Origin: Bacilli bacterium
GTDB lineage: Bacteria; Bacillota_I; Bacilli_A; RF39; UBA660
Assembly (NCBI GenBank): GCA_017622175.1
Contig: JAGARQ010000038.1
Coordinates: 4,510 to 68,509 of the forward strand
Direction of reading: 5' to 3'
Length of the DNA: 64,000 nucleotides
Positions within the stretch are counted from its first letter, which is position 1. Each line of letters starts with the position of its first letter. Shown here one piece after another: positions 56,426-64,000 of the stretch. Position numbers and translations under genes: made by a program. The notes beneath the pieces are model-generated. The model saw only the letters and a list, made by a program, of their open reading frames with translations. It was not told where the DNA came from and did no database searches.

Positions 56426-57970
56426 TTATTTTGCTTGTGAATTTGAATTTGTATTCGTATAATTTCCATTTCCACTTGTATTTTGTTTTATTGCATAAGA
56501 ATCATATACCACAAGCGGTAAATTATTTTGCTTTGCTAGTTGTTCTGCTCTTGCTAAAATATCTTCTTCTAATATTTCTTTATCTTTTACAACTAGAATG
56601 TATCCTGGTTTTATTTGAGTCCAATCAACTAGGGTTTCGTTAGTATTGTTTTCTTCGCTACTATATTTCATCATTTCAGCAATTGAATATTTTCCTCTAG
56701 AAAATTCAATTCTGTCTTTTTCTGAATTAAATCTTTTACTTGTAGAAACAATTGCTTCTACTGGTATATCTTTGGGTAAGAATCCTATAGCTATTCTTCT
56801 ATCTAAGTGAGCGTTTATATTTTCAGGAGCAGAAATTGAAACAGATAACAGAGTAGTTGGTTTGGTAATAACCTGTGAGTATGTAAATCCTGCGCTTTTT
56901 CCTATATATTTACATCTTAGTGGAATCCTTGAGCCTAAGTCTGCTGGATTTTCTCTAGATGCTTGATATTGTTTTAATATTTCTTGAAGTATTTTATAGT
57001 CCGTTTCTTCGTTATAAGATTGGCCTTTTGCTTCACTTATAATTCTTTTTGCTGCTAAAAGTATTTCTTCTTGTAAAAATGAATTCATTTCTTTATCATA
57101 AACAATTTCGCTTCCATCTTGAATAAAGTGTAGCATCAAAAGTTCACTAGTTGGTTTATCAATTACTGGAGGAATACTTTCTGACATATTGTGTTTTAAA
57201 GTTAAAATATTAATTTTATCGTATGATGCATATACTTGTTCTAAAAGGTCTACGTCTATAGTCAGTGTTGATTGCGGGTCATTTTTTGCTTCTATTATTT
57301 TTGATACAGTTTCATATAGTGCTACTGCATCTTCTTGAACTTCAGGTGCTATTATATTAATCAATGAATCAATTCTTTTTTGAAGTAGTTCTAAGTTCTG
57401 AATATATGGTAAGGTGTCTTTTCCATACTTATCACCTAGACGCATTATTTCTTCAAAGTTTCTTTCAGAATGAGCATTTACTTCTGGCTTATCTTCCCTT
57501 TCTGATATAAGATTTCTATTTGGATCTGTTTTCATATAATAGATTCCATAATCAAGTTCTTTTTTTATAATTTCTTTGTTTGTTCTTAACTCTTCAAGTC
57601 CATATGTATTATACATATTCATTGCTTCTAATAGTAGTACATGTTGTGCTCGTTCTTCATAATCAGTTAATTCTTGATTTTCAAATAAAGATTGTAGTAC
57701 TTTATCAAAATTAACTTCGTCAGAAATGTTTAAGTCGTGACGATTAATTCTATCCTTTTGCATTATGACATCAACTAAATTTTGATTTGTAAGTATGTAT
57801 TCTTTAAGTTCTTGTCCATATGCTTTTATTATTTCAATTAGTTCTTCCTTGGTTCCTTGAAATTCACAAGCAGTTTCCACATAGTATTGATATCTCAATC
57901 CAAGGTCATCTTCATTGTAATTTGCATTTAACATTTTCATATTATGGTTAACAAGTTCTATTAATGTCAT
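56426..57970 (-). CDS. Hypothetical protein (514 aa) with Asn/Thr/Ser-rich tail
   Basis: ATG 57970 follows AGGTGAT. Promoter TTGTCA-17-TAGAAT (58010-58015 / 57987-57992) lies inside the longer TTG-start extension. Confidence 0.6.
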   Translation of the reverse strand: MTLIELVNHNMKMLNANYNEDDLGLRYQYYVETACEFQGTKEELIEIIKAYGQELKEYILTNQNLVDVIMQKDRINRHDLNISDEVNFDKVLQSLFENQELTDYEERAQHVLLLEAMNMYNTYGLEELRTNKEIIKKELDYGIYYMKTDPNRNLISEREDKPEVNAHSERNFEEIMRLGDKYGKDTLPYIQNLELLQKRIDSLINIIAPEVQEDAVALYETVSKIIEAKNDPQSTLTIDVDLLEQVYASYDKINILTLKHNMSESIPPVIDKPTSELLMLHFIQDGSEIVYDKEMNSFLQEEILLAAKRIISEAKGQSYNEETDYKILQEILKQYQASRENPADLGSRIPLRCKYIGKSAGFTYSQVITKPTTLLSVSISAPENINAHLDRRIAIGFLPKDIPVEAIVSTSKRFNSEKDRIEFSRGKYSIAEMMKYSSEENNTNETLVDWTQIKPGYILVVKDKEILEEDILARAEQLAKQNNLPLVVYDSYAIKQNTSGNGNYTNTNSNSQAK

Positions 57971-58037
57971 ATTATCACCTGTTTTAATTCTATCATTTAT
58001 AATTTCCAATGACAATGTGACTTTGTAAATGAGAATG

Positions 58038-58062
58038 TAAAAAAAAGACAGAATACTGTCTT
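58038..58062 (-). terminator. Intrinsic terminator after the acyltransferase gene
   Basis: aagacag/ctgtctt stem followed by a run of U on the minus RNA. Confidence 0.7.
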
Positions 58063-59341
58063 ATTTAATTACTTTATTTATATTATTGGTTTCAATTAAG
58101 TAATCAATTTTAAATTTGTCTAATAAGAACATAAATCTTCTTTCTATATTGGCATTTGATAAGTTTGTTCCAAAAGATACAACTAAATTGTCTTTGTAAC
58201 TTACAACTCCACATCTCATTTTTTCAGACCAGTCTGGAGACAGTACAAAATAATAGTCTTTTATATATTCTTTATATTTATCCTTAACATCTAATATACC
58301 TATATTTGAAAGAGTTGTTGAAAAATGTCTTTTAAATTCTAATGTACCTAACATGACCATTACTCTTTTTATTATTAATGGAACTATTCTTATAAATACA
58401 TTATTTAACATTTTTCCATTAGAAGACATTGTTTCTATAATTTTATCGTATTTAAGTTTTCTTTCAAATTCATTATTTACCTTAGATAGTATATCATTAA
58501 AATTATATTTTTGTTTTTTTCTTAGTTCTAAACTTACTACCATGTATGAAACAAAATTAGATATAGTGTTGGTTGAGAAATATTTTTTTAGGTCTATAGG
58601 TATGCATATATTTATTGGTTTTTTTCCTTTATACTTCTTATAGTTTTCTTCATAAATAGAATATGCAAGCATTGAAGCTAATAAAACTGACAAACTGCAT
58701 TTTTTTGTTTTGGCATATTTTTTTATTTTAGGTAATGATATTTTAAAATGTGTTATTGCGACTGTTCCTGATGATAGTTCTTTTCCTTTTAGCATGTAAG
58801 CCTTAGGGGGATTATATGCCTTTGTTATTTTTTTATCATAATTTTTAATATAGGCATTTTCACTATCTGATAAAACTTTTTCTTTTGATTTTTCATTTTT
58901 TAATATATTAGGATATCTTAAATCTAAATAGTTATATATAATTTCTTTAAAGAAAATGCTACCACTATTTCCATCAGTTAGAGTATGAAAAAATTCTATA
59001 TTTATTTTTTTATCAAAGTAAGTTACTTTAAATAGATAATTGTTATTTTCTGCAGTATTTATTTTTTTAAATGGTTGGTCATTTTCTTCTGTGATGACTG
59101 GTTTTTTATTATTTTCATCTAAGTAGTACCAGAAGAAACCTCCTTCCATTTTTACTTTATAGGCCTTATATTTTTCTAAGGTTTTTATTACTGCTGTTTC
59201 TAATATTTGCTTATTTATTTTATCTTTTAAAATAGCAGATAAGCGAAATATAGATGTGTCATAATCATTTCTTGATAGAGAATATATTTTAGCTTGATCA
59301 TCAAGTTTACGCCAATAATTTTTAGGATTAATAATTTTCAT
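58061..59341 (-). CDS. HxxxD-motif acyltransferase (condensation/alcohol acetyltransferase-like superfamily)
   Basis: FFHTLTDGNSG matches the HxxxDG catalytic motif at the expected position, about one third into a 426-aa protein. Confidence 0.65.
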   Translation of the reverse strand: MKIINPKNYWRKLDDQAKIYSLSRNDYDTSIFRLSAILKDKINKQILETAVIKTLEKYKAYKVKMEGGFFWYYLDENNKKPVITEENDQPFKKINTAENNNYLFKVTYFDKKINIEFFHTLTDGNSGSIFFKEIIYNYLDLRYPNILKNEKSKEKVLSDSENAYIKNYDKKITKAYNPPKAYMLKGKELSSGTVAITHFKISLPKIKKYAKTKKCSLSVLLASMLAYSIYEENYKKYKGKKPINICIPIDLKKYFSTNTISNFVSYMVVSLELRKKQKYNFNDILSKVNNEFERKLKYDKIIETMSSNGKMLNNVFIRIVPLIIKRVMVMLGTLEFKRHFSTTLSNIGILDVKDKYKEYIKDYYFVLSPDWSEKMRCGVVSYKDNLVVSFGTNLSNANIERRFMFLLDKFKIDYLIETNNINKVIK

Positions 59342-59362
59342 GATATATTCTCCTATCTATGT

Positions 59363-59725
59363 TTACTTATTAGTTTGTAGTGTTTTAATAAATTGCTTAA
59401 ACTTTGTTCCATCCTTATCTTGTTCTTTCAAAGTTTGTAACGATTCAAGTAAACCATTCTTTTCTATATAATATATTATATCAGCTTGCATTCTAGGATG
59501 GGAAGTATAATATCCAACAAGTAGTTTTTCATGTTCTTCTTCTGTTAAAAATATATTTTGTGTAATAGCTTCAATTACATTAGAAGAAGGTTTTCTATTT
59601 CCTTTTTCTAGATCAACAATATATGCAGGACTAAATTTTATTATTTCAGAAAAACTTCTTATTGTTAGTTCTCTATCTTCACGTACTTGTCTTAATGCTG
59701 TTCCAAATATATTTTGTCTTGTCAT
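59363..59725 (-). CDS. XRE-family HTH transcriptional regulator
   Basis: LTIRSFSEIIKFSPAYIVDLEKGNR HTH. ATG 59725 follows AGGAGAGG. Promoter TTGAAT-17-TATAAT overlaps the longer extension. Confidence 0.8.
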   Translation of the reverse strand: MTRQNIFGTALRQVREDRELTIRSFSEIIKFSPAYIVDLEKGNRKPSSNVIEAITQNIFLTEEEHEKLLVGYYTSHPRMQADIIYYIEKNGLLESLQTLKEQDKDGTKFKQFIKTLQTNK

Positions 59726-59825
59726 AGGCTTTCCTCTCCTTTTGCGGCATATTATAGCATATTTGTATTTAAAATTCAACTTATTAAATAATAATGTAAA
59801 CCAGTTTATTTTTTTACAAATATTA

Positions 59826-59854
59826 TTGACATTGCATTTAAATAATATTTAAAT
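59826..59854 (+). promoter_or_regulatory. Sigma-A promoter of the metK leader (TTGACA-17 nt-TTAAAT)
   Basis: Consensus -35 at 59826-59831 and a weak -10. Confidence 0.5.
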
Positions 59855-59861
59855 TAAAGTA

Positions 59862-59985
59862 GAACTTTTATCAAGAATGAGGGAGAGAGTTAGCTCAGTG
59901 AACTCATACCAACCTGCAGTAGTAAGGTGGTAATGCTAACAACGATGAAGGAGGCCACAACTCTTTCAAGAGTTTTTTATTTTGA
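59862..59985 (+). promoter_or_regulatory. SAM riboswitch (S-box / SAM-I clan) with terminator expression platform
   Basis: P1 CUUUUAUC/GAUGAAGG, conserved AUCAAGA, GGGAG, ACCAACC, AAGGUGGUAA elements, then AACUCUU-UC-AAGAGUU followed by a U-run. Upstream of metK. Confidence 0.7.
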
Positions 59986-60011
59986 TAAAATTTCTGAAGG
60001 AGGATAGAAAA

Positions 60012-61097
60012 ATGAAAAAATATTATTTTACAAGTGAAAGTGTCACAGAAGGTCATCCAGATAAGATATGTGACAAAATAAGTGATAAAATTTTGGATGA
60101 AGCATTAAGACAAGATGAAAATAGCCATATTGCAGTTGAGGCTACAATCAAGGATGATTTAGTTCTAATTTATGGGGAGGCAACGACTAAGGCAAAACTT
60201 AATTATGAAAAAATTGCAAAAGACGTGTTAAAAGACATTGGTTATACTGAAAAATTTAATGTTTTAGTTAAGGTATCTAAACAGTCTTGTGAAATTGATG
60301 CCGCTGTTAGTAAGGATAAAGTGTGTGCAGGTGATCAAGGAATTATGTTTGGTTATGCATGTAATGAAACAGCTGAACTTATGCCGCTTCCAATTATGCT
60401 AGCTAATAAATTGGCAAAAAGATTGGCAGAAGTTAGAAAAAATGATAAGAATAGTTTCTTACTTCCAGATGGAAAGACTCAAGTAACTGTTGAATATGTT
60501 GATGATAAGCCTCTTAGAGTAGATACTATTATTATTGCTTGTCAGCATAAAGCAAACATTTCAAGAAAAAAGTTAGAGAATTTTATAAGAAACGAGGTCA
60601 TTTCATACGTTATAAATGACAATTTGTGTGATGATAATACAAAAATATTAATTAATACAAGTGGTAGTTTTATTCTAGGAGGACCTTTTGCTGATAGTGG
60701 AACTACAGGTAGAAAGATTGTAGTTGATACATATGGTGGCATGGGAAGAATTGGCGGAGGCTGTTTTAGTAGTAAGGATCCAAGTAAAGTGGATAGATGT
60801 GCAGCATACTATGCTCGATATGTAGCTAGAAATATTGTTAGTAAAGGGTTGGCAGATAGAGCTGAAGTTGGTCTTTCTTATGCCATTGGCCAAGTTCAAC
60901 CGATTAGTATATTCATTGAAACTTTTGGTACTAACAAAACTTCTTTAATTGAAATTGATAGATATGTATATGATAACTTTGATTTTTCTGTTGATAATAT
61001 TATTAATGAGTTAGATTTAAAAAGACCTATTTATTATGATTTAGCTTGTTATGGACATTTTGGTAGAGATGGTTATTCATGGGAACAAGACAAATAA
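60012..61097 (+). CDS. metK: S-adenosylmethionine synthase
   Basis: ESVTEGHPDKICD and GDQGIMFGYA. ATG 60012 follows GAAGGAGGA; the longer TTG extension overlaps the terminator. Confidence 0.96.
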   Translation: MKKYYFTSESVTEGHPDKICDKISDKILDEALRQDENSHIAVEATIKDDLVLIYGEATTKAKLNYEKIAKDVLKDIGYTEKFNVLVKVSKQSCEIDAAVSKDKVCAGDQGIMFGYACNETAELMPLPIMLANKLAKRLAEVRKNDKNSFLLPDGKTQVTVEYVDDKPLRVDTIIIACQHKANISRKKLENFIRNEVISYVINDNLCDDNTKILINTSGSFILGGPFADSGTTGRKIVVDTYGGMGRIGGGCFSSKDPSKVDRCAAYYARYVARNIVSKGLADRAEVGLSYAIGQVQPISIFIETFGTNKTSLIEIDRYVYDNFDFSVDNIINELDLKRPIYYDLACYGHFGRDGYSWEQDK

Positions 61098-61128
61098 AAA
61101 AAACAGTTTTATAAACTGTTTTTTGTTT
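61095..61128. terminator. Bidirectional terminator between metK and the 272-aa gene
   Basis: aaacagttt/aaactgttt stem with an A-run and a T-run. Confidence 0.75.
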
Positions 61129-61927
61129 GTTCTGATTTTCTTTCAATAAATTTATATAGATAATTGTATCCTTCTTTTGGTTCAAAGATATATACTTCAG
61201 TTTTTGCCCCTGATTTTAGATGTAATTCAACTTTTTTATTTTTTCTTTCTGCTTTTACTATTACAGGTTTATCTGGAGTTATTTCTTCTTTGTTTTCTGA
61301 AATATATTTTATATATCCATTAGCAGATTCATGATACTTGTATATTACATTATCGCCGTCATGCATCAATACTGAGTAATCAAAGTCTGTTGATGAACCA
61401 AAAATTTCGGAATACATCATTGTTACTTCAAAACTTTTATATCTAATATTTGGAGTTGTGCTGTTATATGTTTTTCCATTAACTATTATTGTTTTTTCTT
61501 CAACATCTTCCACTGGTTGACTCAACAAACTACTTTTACTTTTTAGACTTGCTGCGACAAGTCGCATTTTTTCTTCTTTTGTTAAATCAGTTACTTTAAA
61601 GTTATCTTTTAGTCCCTCTATATATGGATATAGACTAACATAATTATATAATGATGTAACTGTTATTGAATCTAGTTCTAGCTCTCCATCAGGGAATTCA
61701 TCGTAATAGTCACTTTCATAATCGTCGTAATCATCGTAGTCGTTATAGTCATCATAATCATAATCATTATCATCATATAAGTTTTCATAATAAATATCTT
61801 CTAGTCTGTTTCCTACTAATTTATTATTTTCTTTAGTGATTGCAACATAGATTGTTGTACCTAAAAAAACTACTAATATTAGCCCTAGTATAATACTTCT
61901 TATTGACTTATTTGGAATATTATTCAT
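61109..61927 (-). CDS. Membrane-anchored protein with Asp/Tyr-rich acidic low-complexity segment
   Basis: N-terminal TM (IILGLILVVFLGTTIYVAI), then YDDNDYDYDDYNDYDDYDDYESDYYDEF, then a globular domain. Confidence 0.65.
   Translation of the reverse strand: MNNIPNKSIRSIILGLILVVFLGTTIYVAITKENNKLVGNRLEDIYYENLYDDNDYDYDDYNDYDDYDDYESDYYDEFPDGELELDSITVTSLYNYVSLYPYIEGLKDNFKVTDLTKEEKMRLVAASLKSKSSLLSQPVEDVEEKTIIVNGKTYNSTTPNIRYKSFEVTMMYSEIFGSSTDFDYSVLMHDGDNVIYKYHESANGYIKYISENKEEITPDKPVIVKAERKNKKVELHLKSGAKTEVYIFEPKEGYNYLYKFIERKSEQTKNSL
61694..61801 (-). repeat. Imperfect short tandem repeats encoding the (D/N/E)-Y acidic tract
   Basis: Reiterated gtaatc/gtagtc/ataatc units on the plus strand. Confidence 0.6.
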
Positions 61928-62038
61928 AGGTTACCTCCTACAGAATAAATAGTCTTTATTCTATGTTAATTATATATTATGATATTTTTTGTAGTCAACT
62001 TTATTCAATATAAAAAATAGGCTTTTACACCTATTTTA

Positions 62039-63769
62039 TTATGAATTTAAAGATTCTGTTTCATATAAATTTTTATAAATTTCATTTGTTTTTAATAGTT
62101 CATCATGTGTTCCAGATGCCACTATTTGTCCTTTATCAACTATGTGGATAATATCTGCATCCATAATTGTGGATAATCTGTGAGCTACAATTACAACTGT
62201 GTGGGATTTAGTTAAATTATCAATAGCTCTTTTTACATATTCTTGAGAAGCATTATCCAATGCAGATGTCGCTTCATCAAATAATATTACTTTACTTTCC
62301 TTAGCAAGTGTTCTAGCAATTGATAATCTTTGTTTTTGTCCTCCAGATAAGTTAACTCCACTTTCTCCTAAAAGTGTATCATACTTTTTAGGTAACGACA
62401 TTATGTAGTCATCTAGATATGCTAATTTTGTATATTTTCTTATAGTAACTAATGGTAATTTTGGATCGATTAACTTAAAGTTTTCTTTTATTGTTCTGTT
62501 GAAGATGAATGGTTCTTGTCTAATTATTGAAACATTTTTACGAAGTGACTTTTCTGATAAGTCTTTTATATTTACTCCGTCTAATAATACTTCCCCTTCT
62601 ATTGGATCAAATATTCTTGTAATTAAATTAAATAGTGTTGATTTTCCTTGTCCAGACTTTCCAACAATTGCAACTTTTTTATTAGGTTCAATTGTTAGAT
62701 TAAAATTCTTTAAAGTAATTTCTTCATTTGGATAACCGAATGTTACATTTTTAAATTCGATTAGACCTTTATTTTTATTTATTTCTTTTTGACCGAATTT
62801 TTCATCTTCGTATAATCTATTTTCTAATATTTCATTAACTCTTCCTAATGATACTACTAGTTTTTGATATGTTTGTGTTAAGTTATTGAAATTTTCTATT
62901 AACCACATATATCTATATACGTAGTATGTCATAGATATAAAGAATGTTAATGTTATTTGTTTATAATAGATTAAGATTACACATGTTATAAAAACGCCAA
63001 CCTCTAAAAATCCTTTAAGTATTCTTGTTAGTAAAGTGAAACCCTTACGTACATCAATTTCATTTTTTGACTTTTGGAATATTGTTTTAATTATTTCCGC
63101 CATGTCTGTTAATAAACTGTTTTTTATTCCTAATGTTTTTATCTCTCTTATACCTCTTATTGACTCTGTGACCAAAGAAGTAAACAAATCTTGCTTTTCT
63201 TTTCTTTCTTTATGAGCTTGTTTTAAAATAGGGTTATATTTTTTTATTATTAAGAATAATAAAAAGACAAATGTTACAATTTCTAAACCTACAATCCATG
63301 AATTCATGAATATGTATACAATTACTACTAATGATCCTATAAGTGAGGATATGGCACTTAGTAGATGACCAAAAGCAAAACTTAATGAGTCTGCATCTGT
63401 TGTAATTCTATTGATTACTTCTCCAGATGTTTTTTCTTCATATGCATATGATGGCATATCTAATGCTTTTTTATATGTATAATATCCTAATTTTCTTGTA
63501 AGTTTACTTTCTATTTTTTCTAACATTGCGCCAGCATAGTTTTCAATTATCGCATGTGATAGTATTTCAATTCCTAAATATATTAATAAGTATATAACCG
63601 CATTTTTTAAAGCTAAATTTGTAATTGACTCTACTGCCGCTCCATTAAGGTAACCTGTTGCTATTTCAGATATACCCGCTAAAAGTATTAAAGAACTTGC
63701 AATGATTAACTTTACTTTTTCTTCTTTAATTAGTTTCCATAGAGGTATGAATTCTTTTAAACTTTTCAT
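62039..63769 (-). CDS. ABC exporter, fused permease-ATPase (MsbA/type I exporter-like)
   Basis: Six-TM N-terminal half. GKSGQGKST, LSGGQKQRLSIAR, ILFDEATSALD. No C39 peptidase domain. Confidence 0.9.
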   Translation of the reverse strand: MKSLKEFIPLWKLIKEEKVKLIIASSLILLAGISEIATGYLNGAAVESITNLALKNAVIYLLIYLGIEILSHAIIENYAGAMLEKIESKLTRKLGYYTYKKALDMPSYAYEEKTSGEVINRITTDADSLSFAFGHLLSAISSLIGSLVVIVYIFMNSWIVGLEIVTFVFLLFLIIKKYNPILKQAHKERKEKQDLFTSLVTESIRGIREIKTLGIKNSLLTDMAEIIKTIFQKSKNEIDVRKGFTLLTRILKGFLEVGVFITCVILIYYKQITLTFFISMTYYVYRYMWLIENFNNLTQTYQKLVVSLGRVNEILENRLYEDEKFGQKEINKNKGLIEFKNVTFGYPNEEITLKNFNLTIEPNKKVAIVGKSGQGKSTLFNLITRIFDPIEGEVLLDGVNIKDLSEKSLRKNVSIIRQEPFIFNRTIKENFKLIDPKLPLVTIRKYTKLAYLDDYIMSLPKKYDTLLGESGVNLSGGQKQRLSIARTLAKESKVILFDEATSALDNASQEYVKRAIDNLTKSHTVVIVAHRLSTIMDADIIHIVDKGQIVASGTHDELLKTNEIYKNLYETESLNS

Positions 63770-63780
63770 ATATACCTCCT

Positions 63781-63812
63781 AAAATAAAAACCTACTATAT
63801 TCTTATAGTAGG
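63781..63812 (-). terminator. Intrinsic terminator/attenuator between the leader ORF and the ABC exporter
   Basis: Minus RNA CCUACUAUA-AGAA-UAUAGUAGG followed by UUUUUAUUUU, then immediately the exporter RBS AGGAGG. Confidence 0.7.
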
Positions 63813-63834
63813 TCTAACGTAAAGTTAATCGACT

Positions 63835-63927
63835 TTAATGAGTAGGAAAAAATCCGATTTTTCCACTCCAATCTTGTGCTACTATAAGTTTATTAAAATT
63901 ATTTTGTTTGAAATTTAAATTCTTCAT
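63835..63927 (-). CDS. 30-codon leader/small-peptide ORF (MKNLNFKQNNFNKLIVAQDWSGKIGFFPTH)
   Basis: Not in the ORF track. ATG lies 8 nt after AAGGAG, downstream of a consensus promoter. Contains the antiterminator segment. Confidence 0.55.
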   Translation of the reverse strand: MKNLNFKQNNFNKLIVAQDWSGKIGFFPTH

Positions 63928-63960
63928 TTTTCCCACTCCTTTCTCTTTAAATTCAAGTTG

Positions 63961-63989
63961 ATTGTAGCACTTGTTCTTTTGTCTGTCAA
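63961..63989 (-). promoter_or_regulatory. Near-consensus sigma-A promoter (TTGACA-17 nt-TGcTACAAT)
   Basis: Hexamers at 63984-63989 and 63961-63966 on the minus strand, with an extended -10 TG. Confidence 0.75.
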
Positions 63990-64000
63990 CCTTTTTTTGT

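Noticed and set aside
1-64000. CRISPR arrays, tRNA/rRNA genes, IS elements and long direct or inverted repeats.
   Set aside because: All intergenic spacers over 60 nt were read on both strands. Only promoters, terminators, one riboswitch and leader hairpins were found, and no repeat-spacer periodicity or transposase-like ORFs.

Overview
Low-GC, standard-code (TGA is used as a stop codon) Firmicutes chromosome segment, transcribed almost entirely on the minus strand. Core genes: the complete S10-spc-alpha ribosomal superoperon (rpsJ to rplQ, about 20.6-34.9 kb, with no rpmD); rplM-rpsI; truA; a gap-pgk-tpiA-gpmI glycolytic cluster; uvrB and uvrA; lgt-yvcK-whiA; clpP; metK behind a SAM riboswitch; corA; htrA. 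Spo0A and a SpoIID-like gene point to an endospore-former lineage (Clostridia/Erysipelotrichia-like). Small accessory modules sit inside this core. (i) A stripped-down type VIIb-like secretion operon (essC, yukD/esaB and two small coupled ORFs). It lies directly downstream of an orphan Hol118-type holin / M23 lysin cassette and three orphan genes. (ii) A cassette between truA and rplM with two paralogous small proteins carrying repeated TT-x-C motifs around a 2-TM protein. (iii) Two EcfA-like ABC ATPases with degenerate catalytic motifs and no EcfT. (iv) An Abi_2 gene translationally coupled to htrA. (v) spo0A, a DUF4143 AAA ATPase and a small unknown ORF interrupting the glycolytic operon. 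(vi) A radical SAM/SPASM cassette wedged between uvrB and uvrA. (vii) A 30-codon leader ORF with a terminator/antiterminator ahead of an ABC exporter. No rRNA, tRNA, CRISPR array, transposase or integrase was seen. All homology statements come from motif recognition by eye, not from database searches.
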